Shown: positions 12,615 through 25,217 of the stretch, in pieces
Numbering within the stretch: position 1 is the first letter of the stretch
How the letters are laid out: every line of letters begins with the position of its first letter
Assembly: GCA_964247055.1 (NCBI GenBank)
Contig: OZ176056.1
Coordinates: 3,100,001 to 3,164,000, forward strand
Source: Paragordius varius
Lineage: Eukaryota; Animalia; Nematomorpha
DNA length: 64,000 nucleotides
Direction: 5' to 3'
The notes under the pieces: generated by a model
Database searches by the model: none
Seen by the model: the letters and a program-made list of their open reading frames with translations, nothing else
What the model was told of the DNA's origin: nothing
Position numbers and translations under genes: made by a program

Positions 12615-14567
12615 CTATATTTATAAAAATGGAAAATGCTGGCTTTGTGATTTGTTGGAAAACCGTTAGACTCATTCAAATCCAAATGTCGAAAAAATAT
12701 AATTGTTAATGAATGGCCGACAATAGCTTTGCCCTTTTTTGAATTAGGCCTTCAGTTCGGGCCCACCCGTGTACAAAACGGGCTTTTTCAAAAACTGAAA
12801 TCCACAAAAATCGTGTCTTTAAGACAATTTTTCGAAAAACGTGTTGGACCATTCAATTTAATATATAATATTTTTACTTATTTTCGATTGCGCCGAACAT
12901 AGTCGGCTTTTTAATTTAGGCCCTCTTTTTACCCGCCATCCCCGTAAAATGCTATTTTTTCAAAAAAACCGTCCACAAAAAGTTTTTAATCTATTTTTCG
13001 CCAAAGGTAGGAGACTGTAAAATTTTAATGAGGATTCTAGGTTTTCCCTGTTGTAAGGCAAAATTTAGTCGTGCATTTTTTTATTGGCTGCTGGGTAAGG
13101 AGATAACCACTAAAAACTGCTCCGTCATCTCGAAATAGCGTGCCTTTAAGGCTAAATTTTAGAACTATCAGGCCATATGAGTTCAACGGGTGACTAAAAT
13201 ATTACCCTTAACAATGCAAAAATTTAGGTAGCGCGGTTTTTTAAAATTATCAGTTAATTAATCCCTTAATGCCTTGAAAAATGCGCCACCATAAAATGAT
13301 TTTTTTACCAAAAACTAATGAGAGAATATGAAATCAGTCATTATTCCAGGTATTCTCCGTAAAAAGGCAAAAAATTTAATCAAGCGCCTTTTTGTATCAG
13401 CCTCTGGGTGGAGCTACCCGCCAACAACTGCCCATCATATCGATACAACGTGACTTTGGAGGCAAATTTTAAAAAAACTTATCAGGCCATAAGAGTTCAA
13501 TAAGGTGAAATTTTACCCGTAAAAAGTCAAAAATTTAAGTAGATTAGTTTTATTAAATTACCACTTAATTAGCCCTTGCCCTGCAAAATGCGCCCTTTTA
13601 GAATGACTTTTTGGTTTTGAGGCAATTTTTTAAAATCCCACGAGATCGAGCGTTTTGTTTCACCCCTGGTTAGGGGACTAGCGTAAAACTGCGTCACCAT
13701 ATCGATACAGCATGCCTTTGGAGGCAAATTTCAGAAAACCTATGAGACTGATAGGAACATCTAAAATCCATGAATACCAGATATTCCCCATATAAAGGCA
13801 ATTTTCCCGACGCTTTTTTGGAACTTGTACCCGGGGTTAGGAGCTACCTACCAAAAACTATGCCACTATATAAATTGCGTAGTTTTTAAGCTAGTTTACA
13901 GATGAAGCCATATGAGCTTATTAAAAGCTTAAAATATTACCCGTAACTAGGTAAAAATTAAGGTCAGTGTTTTTTTATTAACCGTTAATTTGGGGCCTTA
14001 ATGCCCTGAAAGAAAATAGGCCATCATATAACGATTATTTGAGATATATTTTCGAATAACCCATGAAACGATGGTATCAAAGATGATTTCAAATATTTGG
14101 CCTATAAAGGCAAAGAATTTAACTTAGCGCTTTTTCATATAGGTCTATGGGTAGGGTCTAACGGTTTAAAACTGAGTCGCCATATATAGGCGGTAATTTT
14201 CAAAAAAACCCAAGAAGCCATACGAGTTCAGCTATACATTTCTAGGGAATTCGTATAATATCATTTTTTTAAAAAGGAACCACATATGATTTACTTTTTA
14301 TATCCCTTAATGATTTCGAAAATATAAATTTTAAAATAAATCCAATAATAGTTGAATATTAACTTTAATAAGGGACAGTTTAAATATGGTCAATTCGAGT
14401 CAATATTTGAGCCTATGCCAAAACCCATAAAACAATAATAATTGAAGACATTCTTGTTATTAAATACGTTTTTTATTATTTTTTTATCTCCATTACCTCT
14501 ATTTATTGCAAATTATTAAGAATTATTGGTGACACTACGCCACAGCGAAGCGTGACAGGGCCATTAT
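12615..14567 (+). mobile_element. Non-autonomous Helitron, long type, copy H1 (ends degraded)
   Basis: 5' CTATATTTATAAAAATGGAAAATGCTGG shared with H2-H4. 3' hairpin CACAGCGAAGCGTGAC-AGGGCCA, with the terminal CTAG mutated. Colinear in inverted orientation with 30306-32590. Confidence 0.75.
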
Positions 14568-15278
14568 ATTATAATTGTTAAATTATAGTTGGGTATTGCG
14601 AATTAAATTAAAGTTATTTTGGAACCCAAAAAAGGGTTATGTTTTACGTCAAATATGATCTAACTCTTACGTAAAATGAGTGTTGGGATCCATGTAGAAT
14701 ATTAAATGTATGATAAATTACGCAAAATACTGTTCAAAGAGTGTATGTTTGTTTTTACAAAATATTTAGGATAATGAATATATTTGTGGTATTTTGAGGT
14801 ATATAAAATTACCTTTTTTCTGTTTGGGCTTTTGAATTTGTTAAAAATAATATAAGGGACGTATTTTCGATATTTTTACTTAAATGTAGCTGGCCCCTAT
14901 TGTCTCAATCTTTTAAGATTGTACGCGATACCATTTTGTCAATTGTAGCATTAGAGTTGCAAAATATGATATACCTTTTATTTGATGATTAATTTAACAT
15001 GGAAAAATATTACTCGTAAAAGATTTAAATTTTAATTGCCTTAGTAAAATTGTGCTTATTTGTTATAGAATATTCTCATATTGCAGCCAATAAAATCTAA
15101 AAGTTTTATTGGACAATATTGTAAATGATTTTTTTATCTAACTATATATTTTTAATTAGATTAAATACTTATTCTCTAAAACCAAAAACGGTTTTACAGA
15201 ATCTCAATTTTTGTGGCTCCCCAAAGATCCAATAAAAAAATTGACACATCATATTTTATAATCTTTTTACTAAAACAG

Positions 15279-18200
15279 ATACATTTGCTTCAATACCAAA
15301 AAAAGTTGTTGCAAATGTTGGAGAAACTATAACGCTCAGTGTGAAACTAAACATAGATGTTCAAAATTGCACAGGAATGTGGAAAATAAATGGTACGGTA
15401 ATTAAAGAAGGTTATAATCGAGAATCCTGGGATAAATACCAATATACAAAATCAAATGTTAACAAAAATGATAGTGGAACTTACACTTTTGTGGTTGGAC
15501 CTGAACCCACAAATATATATGTAAAAGTTATAGGTAAGTTTGATTTTTAAATGTAAATTTTTAAATTTTACATAACTTCTGTGTGCCGAAAATTAAAGAT
15601 ATCAACGGTTAATAATAAAGTAATGTTTCCATAAAATGTTTATGGTAAGAATGACATGTATGAACCAAAAAGAGAGTATATTTATTTATTAAAAAAACCA
15701 GTGTGCAGAAGAAAAAATAGCTACCATGGTCATAAGTCTTTACCGGTTTTTGTTAAAAAACATGTAATGAAAGGGATAATCTATAAGTTATATTGAAAAT
15801 ATTGTCTATCGGTGTACATTAAGCCCATATCTATATGATTGCGTCAAAAACTGATTGTTTTTTGTAGCAAAGCCTTCGTCAAGCGATAATTATCATCGAA
15901 ATTGTTGATGTACTGCTCCGCAGGCGTACATCGCATTGATGGGGAAAGGTATAGTTAGATAGCCCAGTTTGAGACTAGGGTGGCTGCGGAAGAATTTTTG
16001 ATAGAACCGATTCGAAGTTTCAATGTTTTTCTTGTTAGACTAGCATAATGTAGCAAAATCACTTTGCCATGTCTTCTGACTCATTCCGGAAATGCATGGA
16101 TTTAAAATCATTTGCTGGCTATAGTATTCTGTGTAAACGTTTACTTTAAACATCATACACAATAGCCCTCTGATACCACCAGACACAAAATATGAACTTT
16201 TTGTCAAAGCGAGAGCTATGAAGTTGCTGATGTAGCGGCCTGGTAATACAACTATGGTTTTTTGCGAAGGGATTCGACAATTTGATCTAGATTTTCTTGT
16301 GACGTTAAAGCAGGATGCCCTATTTTATTCTGGATTTCACATTAATCCGAAGAAAGCCCATTTACCGATTTATTGCTTTTTCTCATTGCTAATAGATGTC
16401 TTACGATTGTTTTTATATATAATTTTCTGTTAATTACCGTTGCGTTTAAGTTATATCACCCGAGATAACTTTCGAAACTTTATCGTCTTTAAGTAGGCTC
16501 CAAATCTCTATAACATTGAAATCACAACTTAATAGTTTAAACCATGTTACACATGTTTTTATCGATGGAGAATGTTCGCCATAAGTTATCAAAAATATAA
16601 CTTTTAGCTTTTTTTTAATGTAAGAAAAGCGATGGTGCCACAAATGGTCTTTAGGCACAAAATCATTATTAAATGATAAAAAAAAGACGCTACTTTTTGG
16701 CGTCAACGATCAAATTGGCTTCTGTATTAACACTTCGATTCAATTTGAGCAATCGATACCCCAGATTCAATTTAAGTTAATATTTTTATATAACTACTGA
16801 AGAAACCGGTCACAATTTAGATTTATGCTTCTATCCTAATAGAAAGAATATAAATAAGCTAATTTTTGAAAATCAGTTCCATGTCAAACTACTTCGACGC
16901 CATTTTTATTTTACAAATTTGCAAAATATCATGTTCATTTATTTTAAAGGTAAAATTAAAGCTAATTTTTTTAATCACATATAACATTGATAGAAATAAA
17001 AATGGGTTTATTTTGTATTATTTCGATTTAGCCAATGCACACATGTCACGTTGGCTAATTTTTACCTTTGGGTTTTACCTTAAAATAATTAATCAAGTAT
17101 TTTTGAATAAAATTTTCTATATATACCTGTTTATTAATTTATATAAGTGCAAAATTTTGCCATGGTTTCGATTCCTGCCATATTTTTTAAAGTATTTAAT
17201 TTTAAACAAGCCTGAGGTATCCAACTACTCCAATTTGAATCAAAGGACTGAAATGAATTTGTATCTATTTTAAACAAGTTCTTACTTTTAGCTGGCGTCA
17301 TCTCCTAGTTAAACCAGTAATGACTTATGACTATAACATAGGCGACGCATATAAATAGAGTTTTGAGTCTCTTTTTTCCTTTTTTTATAAAAGGATAAGG
17401 ACATATCTGGACATGTGAGGTTTAAATACTCGCCTGCCCAGGGCTGACAGTGATTGGAAAAATTGGGTTTCCGGGGTTTGAACTCTGGCACGGAGTGTAA
17501 CGGCGCCCTACTTACTATACCACATCTCTTTAGGTGACTGCATATCGTAATTATAAATTTCAGAAATCATAAAATTGAATTAAAACATGTTTTTGAGTTG
17601 ATTATTTTGGTAATTGGAAAAAAAGAGGGTGCTATTATAATTAATATTATGTTTTATTTATAAAGATCCTGTAGTCTTCCTTTATTCCGATCGGGTAATT
17701 ATTGATTTTTCTACGGTTGTGGAAAAAAATAAAATTCATAATGTAACCATTGATCTAGAGGAGGAAATGAATTTCGTATTAAATTCTACCCAACTAACGC
17801 CCTACACACATAAAATATCTCCAGATTTTGAAGGATATTTTCATATTGACATATCATCCGATTATTTAGAAGAATATTGGATGGTTACGGAAATTCCAGG
17901 TTAACATATTTAATATAAATTTATGCAGGCTGATCTGCACTTGTCAGATAAATAAGGTCTTATTGTTTAATTATTATATAAAATTGTGTAAATTTTCCCG
18001 CAACTTATTATGTTAGAACCGTCATAATAATTAAATATAATTATTATTAAAGGTTTTATCATAAAAGAGCCAAATTTTTGACTTAGAAAATTTTGGTAAA
18101 AAATTATATTATTTATGATTAAAACAGGGAATCAATCCTGAAATATAATTAAATCAAAAAATTATTTTACACGCTAATTTTTACATTAGTAAAACTTTAG

Positions 18201-21200
18201 TCAATATCTTCACTTCACACACAAAAATACTAAATCTAGACAACATATTTTTTTGAGGAATTTTTATTTCATTCATAATTCTCTTTTTCATTTATGTTAT
18301 TCAGTTCGTAGGAGAGTTGAAAACAAATTTAATATAAGACTAAATTTAAATGTCTGTCACGGTGTCCACAATAAATATCGTAATGTTATTATTATGATAA
18401 ATAAATATATCAGGATTATCATGGTACTTTTGTTTTGGCCTTCGAACGATCTAAGAAAGTTATATAAAATTTTGTGGTGAGTCTCCATATCATAAATTGA
18501 CAGAATTCAAGCACATTTTTAAAACAAAAGTTTTGGTGAAAGGAAAATGAATGAATGACAGCGTAGTTAATATTAACTTTTTGCTGGACTTCATAAACAA
18601 ATTTTCTGTAGGCTAATTTGTCCAAGGATAGACTGATTAGATTGGAGATTGTAAGGTGGGTGTTATCTGTTAATTGTTTTGACCATCTTTTTTAGGTCTG
18701 CCTCTTTTACATTTACCTTTACCCAACATGATTGTTTTCTCCAATTTGTTACGGATGACGTGGCGAAATAGCTTAATCTCCGTTTTGTTATTATTTTAAG
18801 TAATGCAATCTTAGGGTTAATTGTATTGTGGATTCATTCATTGGTAAGTTTGTCCGATCATTATTTACAAAGAGGCATTCTCCAGCAGGTTTGCTCAAAA
18901 GCTTGTTTATTTCAAAAATTATCATCAATAGATATGATAAACTACGTATGACAAGCAAAAATTATAATAATTTTAGAAGCGCGGTCGAAAGTTTTTAATA
19001 CCCGTCCAATATGGACAAGTACTCTTATGCATGCTGAATTTTGACATCCAAAAAATTGTAATGCGTGCTAAAAATTTAATTTATAGCAAAATTGTTGGAA
19101 GTTTTTTATATTTTGAAGCTTAATGAAAACGGTATAAAAAATTTTAAGACATTTAAACAGACATTTTCTACATAATTTGAATGCTGAACATTCTATCACC
19201 TTGTTATCTAATATAATGTTTCATTTCTCTTTAAATTTGGGTAAATTATATAAACAATTTGTATTGAACATAATTAACGAATGAAATCTGAGATGATAGA
19301 AATGTTCAGCATCATATCACATAGAAAAATTGTTTTTGTAAAATCATAAAACGTTTTTATATCGTTAGCGTGCGGCAAAATATTAGATGAACGTTTCAAC
19401 ATAATTTTGGTAAAAATTTAGTTTTTGAACAAAATATGCATTTCTTCAAAAATATGTTTTTAATTTTATAAATCTGCGTATGTTAAAATTTTTTAATGCG
19501 GTTTATCATTTTGTGTTAATTTTTATAAAGCCAGCCCATAAAAAATGGAACTTTTAAAGTTTTAAAAATAAAATTTTACTAAAAAATATTTGATGTTATA
19601 ATATTCGATAACTTTGCGATTTTCGAATCATAACTATTTTATATCACTTGTAAACCCCAAGCACCATGACTGTCTTAATTCATTTATCTATCAGAACAAG
19701 GATATATTACCCCGATTTCGGATGCAGTGTAATATAAATTAAATATTTTTTATTTTTTAAAAATTTATTTTTCTGAATATAGTCATGCCTAGCGTCAAAT
19801 TATATTATTTGGATAAACCGGGTGGTGTTAGCCTATATTGGGAACAAGGTAACGGAATATCTTACACTCTATTGGCCAATGAGACGTTTGCAAAAATTAT
19901 CAAACCATACTATTTTATATCATATGAGATGCTTGAAAAAAATAAATTCATTTTTATGGCATCCAACATGAGAGGACAAGCTAATATTACTCTACCTGAA
20001 TGTAATTTTTTGATAAAACCATAAATTTAATGTAAGCTTTTTATTGAAAAGGTTATATGATCGTATCCTAAATAAAATTTGATTGATTAGATCAAATCAA
20101 CACATAGTGTGAACGCTTAAAAGATATTTTTGAAAAAGATTAAAAACTGTTCGAGTTTGGATTATCTCTTTGACGAAATTTTAGGGTAAATATGCGAGTT
20201 CAATATGATTATTATTAGTTGCTTATTTCACCGCTATATTTAAATTAATATTCGAACATTTAGCACCCTTAATCTCCAATATTACGCATAAACCCATGCC
20301 CAACACCCCTGAAGCTAAAGAAAATAAAGCCAGACTAATTATATTAGAATGGGTTTCCAAAGCCACGAAATTTTCGATATATAAGGGAGAAAATTGTGAT
20401 TTGAAAACGCATACAACCACCAATCACTCTTGTCATTTAGTGATAGATGGATCGACTAGGAAAATATGTATTAAAGGTTACAATGGGAAATTCTTTGGTC
20501 CTTTTACAAATTACTCCTTAGAAGAATCAAGTATTTGGAAATAATTTAAACTTTTAGTTCTATAATACTTTGTGTAAATTTCAACTTTTTTACAAAAATA
20601 TGCTCATTTTCCAATAAGGTTTAATCAATAAAACAGTAACTTAATTTATCATCATCCCTACAGAGTTTTACATTTCTATACCTAATAGGGATTGTTTAAA
20701 CGGGCTGTTGCGATTATTATAAGTGTATATAACTTGCAAATATATAAAAAGAGTTGCGTATACAAAAATGTGTTTTCCTTATGCATGTACTTTTATAAAA
20801 TTAATAGCTTTGTAGTTACAGCCTGTTAGAGAAAACGTTATGCGTTTCATATCTATATTAATTCATCATAGAATTTATTTGAACAAATATTATTAAATGG
20901 ATGTAAAAATGGGTCCTTTTTTTCGGCTTATTATGTATAGGTATAATGGAATAATCGATGTTTGGACCATAGTCAAAATGTTTCTATATTGTTTTATAAA
21001 TCCTTGATTTAAATAATTATAATAATAATTGGTTTAATTTAAAAAGACCTAATCACAAATAATATTGCTAGTCCACTTTTTTTACTTAGATTTTCAATAT
21101 TTGCCAATTTTTTAAAATTAATTTAATATTTTGCAATACCATTTGTTCAAATATTGCCCAAAAAAACTGATCAAATTAATTTAGTAACTTAAAATGTAAC

Positions 21201-23063
21201 CCGACTTCCTTATACTATCATATTGAATTTGATATCCATGTTCTGATCTATTTCGCAACAGAATAGTTTTGGTATCAAAAGCAATAACCAAGTCTAAAGT
21301 TTCATAAAATGCGGATGAAAAATAATAGCAAATCATAGAAGTTTAAAATATATTTATGTGTTGTTTTTTGACAATCATTTAAAAGTGGACATTTAGATGA
21401 TTGGTGAAATTTTTAAGCATACATTAAGAAAGTCAACCAATTAAATGGCTTGTAATTAATTTTAAGATAATTAGCGGGGGGAGGGGGGGGAAGTATCAAG
21501 ATTGCGATTGTGTTATAGACCAATACTCCACATTGGCACATTTATCTGTTAGATGAGGGCATAAATATTAAATCATTCTTCGAATAAACAATTAAATAAC
21601 ATTTGGAAACAAAAAATAAATTGGTCTAAACACATATAACGCTAATGCTAATGCTAACCTCCAAAATTTAAAATATACCAGGCAGCAGTATAGTTACTGT
21701 AAAATATTGACGCAACAACTATCATACACAGCTTTTAATAATTATACTTTTAATAAAAATAATCGACTCGCAAAACAGTTTAGAGTGATAACGATTCAGC
21801 CTATAATGATTATATCCATTAGTACATTGTGTCATAAAATTTCAGGGGAATTTTTTTACAGGTTTTCTCATAATTTGTGGTATATCACAGTGACTGTCTA
21901 AAAATCTTAACATAAAAATTTTTCCAATAATTGAATTGTTGCAAATTAACCTAACTGTTTGAATCATTTGATTCGCTTAAGGTGTCAAAGAATCGCCACT
22001 TATTATATTTCGGAGTTTTTAGACTAATTGCATCATAATACGATAAATTCTAAGGATATTATTTGATAGCTAAAGAATTTGTAATGATGAGGTAAAAATA
22101 ATGAAATTAGTTATTTTATTTTTTCTGGTGCACATAAGCGCAGAATCAATTCCTTATATTGGATCAACTAGGAATTTATATTTATGAGCGGGCAAAACAA
22201 TCATTTTTTTATAAACCATTTACAGTTCAAATTCACCTTTAAACAAATCAAATTACCCATTACCCTAAAAATAAATTATGCGTTTTGATCAAAAATTACC
22301 TATACTATTTTTATATATTTAAACAATGCAATTTTGTGTAAAATCAATATAATACTGAAGAACTAATAAACTATGTGCCGTAAATAAATATATTACATAA
22401 AAATGATGAGTTATATTAACCCAACACCAAGGGTCAATTTGAATCGTAAATGGTATATATAAACTTCCTAAAATCAAGAAGAAAGATCATGGATCAAAAA
22501 CTGTAGATTATTATTAGAGATTTAAGGCTAATTTAAACTTAATCACTATATTTTTATTATTATATAATAGGTATTCCTATATTTATTTTAAATATAATTA
22601 GCTTCTGACACTGGTGCAAAAGATCATCATTCTGGTTATTCGGAAAAAAGTAACAATTTCAATGCATAACAATTTTTATCAATATCTAAATTTTTAATTT
22701 TTAATTTTAATTATATTGAACTAAAAATAAATTTATTTTTATTATAATTTAGGAGGTGATGGTGAATCAGGGTTACGGTATCATTCTGGATATAAAGGAT
22801 TAGGTACGTATTTTGTAAATATTATTATTATATTATATTTATTATATTCTAAGACAAGAATAATTTTTGACTGCTAACCGCTCTTAAAAGTTATCAATCA
22901 AAATATTTTATCGAAATATTCATTAGTTTTAATTCCCCTTCAGAATATATGATTGTTTAACTCTATTTAATTTTTATAATGACAAAAATTTTTATATAAA
23001 TAAAAATGTGTTTTTAATGAGGCATTTAATTATTTAGGTTTGTTGGATGACGAGGATACATAG
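15279..23063 (+). CDS. 3' half (or paralogue 2) of a secreted Ig + 3x FN3-like protein with a micro-exon tail
   Basis: Phase 1-1 exons: 15279-15533 is an I-set-like Ig (NVGETITLSV...W.ING...NDSGTYTFVV, canonical Cys absent); 17666-17899; 19783-20001 (GVSLYW...Y...FMASNMRG); 20264-20530 (IILEW...ICIKGYNG..FGPF); micro-exons 22602-22649 (SDTGAKDHHSGYSEK) and 22753-22803 (GDGESGLRYHSGYKGL); terminal 23038-23063 (LLDDEDT*). Many N-x-S/T sequons and no TM segment found. The link 20530 to 22602 is inferred; the gene could instead stop at 20544. Confidence 0.65.
15790..16680 (-). mobile_element. mariner transposon fossil (Mos1-like transposase pseudogene)
   Basis: Minus-strand remnants FVPKDHL, YGEHSPSIKTCVTWFK (helix-turn-helix region) and a degraded PHPPYSPDLAPSDY...EQ...LDE.FA.K...QYF C-terminus. 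Many stops and frameshifts. Confidence 0.75.
16727..17272 (+). mobile_element. piggyBac-type MITE, copy 2
   Basis: Starts TTAACACTTCGATTC and is colinear with 4902-5462. Right end degraded. Confidence 0.8.
17360..17526 (-). mobile_element. tRNA-derived SINE-like element
   Basis: The minus strand reads GATGTGGTATAGTAAGTAGG (A-box-like)...GAGTTCAAACCCC (B-box), followed by a GC-rich body and an A-rich tail. The cloverleaf stems do not pair, so it is not a tRNA gene. Confidence 0.5.
18590..18900 (-). mobile_element. RTE-clade non-LTR retrotransposon 3' fragment
   Basis: Minus-strand translation KRRLSYFRHVIRNKLEKTIMLGKGK.KRGRPKK...LDKLAYRKFVYEV matches the RTE C-terminal pattern. Confidence 0.7.
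19060..19445. mobile_element. Foldback MITE, family E copy
   Basis: Long imperfect inverted arms with central ATGCTGAACATT / AATGTTCAGCAT, similar to 62420-62780. Confidence 0.5.
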
Positions 23064-24486
23064 CTAATATCTCTTAGCCGAAACCATCTTTAATTAATAC
23101 ACGATCAATCAATAATTTAAATCAAATTCAACGTGTGATTCACAATTATTAAATTTAAATAAATTATGGGGGGCCAATTCGTATAAATTATGAGAGGGAA
23201 AATGTAATATTTTTGGAAAATTAAACTATGATATCAATTTTTTTATTATCGTTCACTTAATTTTATTTAAACCGTCTATTATTAGGGATATTACGAGTCG
23301 ATTTCCATAAATACATGTTACTTTGTAAAATAAAACTTTTCCAAAGGATATATCTAACTTACCTAGGCAAATGTTTTATATAGGCTTTCTTCAATACATT
23401 AAGTTATACGTAGTTATTAAAATTTTGTCTTCCTACCGCCGCGATATTCGAACTTTACGGAAAATATTCTTTTGAGCCACGTCTTTTACAGATAGTGTTT
23501 TCCTAATCTAGTAGTTTGAAGCGTTCGACTAAATTCTTTAGATTTGATCGGAATGTTCTTAAAAATCCTATGTATAATATCCAGGAAATTGTTTTAATGA
23601 CGCTTTCTTTTATTTAAAATTATTTGGATATTTAGTTTTTATCTAAAGATTTAACTAGAAGAAGGACCAAACACTAGGTTATATCAAATGAGTATTTTAT
23701 TTGAATGGTCTCTTCCGTAGACGTACTAAAACAAAGGCAAAATATTTTAGGTAATTTTTAAATTTCATGATTTTTCACGTGAGTGGCATTTCGAAAAAGT
23801 GTGGTTCATATCAAAATGCTTAATATAATTTTTAAGGTTATATGTTCGAAAACGTTCACTCTTTCGGTTGAATATTTTAATGTGGGAAAGAATTAAAAGA
23901 AGTTTAACATCTAACACACTTTTACCAAAGATTGAGAAAAAATCCTGCAAAAATTTATTGAGTAGGTAATTGTGATATTATAAAATTTATTCTAAAGTTT
24001 TTAAATTAAAATTGAACTGTTATTGGACGGCGTCTGACCAAATATTGATAATTTCACATAGTCTATATAAATGAACAACATATATTACGTTTACAGAAGA
24101 AATTTCTTGACATAATATATAATATATGATTTACAAATAAAATTGTGAAAAATGCCCTGTAACCTAAAAACTCATTTAAAACATAATATTAACTTCTTCT
24201 TTGAATCCAAAAAGAGGAATCGTCCCTCCACAAAAATTTTCTTAAAACTTGCATTTTAATTTCAATTATATCTTCTTTCAAGACAAAAAAGTATCTATTT
24301 CGCAGCTCAAATTCAAAAGTTTTATAATAAATTAATAATTTATTTTAAATAATAAAATAATTCAATCGGCCTGCGGGGGCAGGCAAATATATTTTTTTGG
24401 TTTTGTAAGTCGTAAATGCGATTTATGGTGTGGTTTGTGTTGATGATCCCACACCTGATAAACAAGTTATCAAACATCAATTACAT

Positions 24487-24775
24487 CAGTAATTCCCAAC
24501 CTTTTTTTGTTCAAGCATCACCAAATTGAAAAAATAATTCCGGGCCCCCCTTCCCTTTCTTCCCAAAGATACAAATGCAAAATTTATTTTAGTATTATAA
24601 AAATCATAATCAATAAGATCGTATGAATAATTGTGGATAAAATTCCATATCAGCGACAGATCATGATAATTTGCACCTGAAATCCTCATATACCTTTTAT
24701 TTGTTACTAAATTAATATTTAAATTGAAATCTCCAATTTTTTGCCCTCCCCCCCCCCCCCCCCCGGGAACAACTG
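24487..24775. mobile_element. hAT-type MITE with a poly-C tract
   Basis: Ends CAGTAATTCCCAACC / CCGGGAACAACTG. A similar, more degraded element with a poly-C tract lies at about 1436-1993. Confidence 0.45.
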
Positions 24776-25217
24776 ATATATATTTTTAAATATTAATTAT
24801 TAAAAACAATTTTAACCTATCAGCATAACATGTTACAAGAAAATCTGAGACTTGTAATAGCGTTTGAAATTCAAAAATTTTATCGACGTGTGATACGTTC
24901 CCCTTTGTTTCATTAAATATGTGATTTGTGGATTTGGCACATCATACGCTCCAACTGAAGACATTAAGGCATGGTGTATTTCTCACCCATACCAATTTAA
25001 AGCCCGTATACGAGAACTAATACTCAATACAGAATTGTTAAATGGATAACTTTGCACTGCGGGGCGTTCTTTAGCAGTAAACTTTTCATTGTTTTAAAAC
25101 TTGGCGTCGGTTGGAATGCCCGCTAAAGGTTGGGTCGCATTTTCCGTACATACAACGCGGGGAATGTAATCGACCACTTCATCGCAATTATATGATACAT
25201 ATATTGAAATTTTATAG

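Noticed and set aside
17440-17526. Intact tRNA gene
   Set aside because: The A and B boxes are present but the acceptor and T stems do not pair, so it was called a SINE-like head instead.
11390-23760. AG|GT zero-length-exon sites (about 11396, 11632, 22570, 23750) as recursive splice points
   Set aside because: Expected by chance at this AT content, and the introns are only a few kb long.
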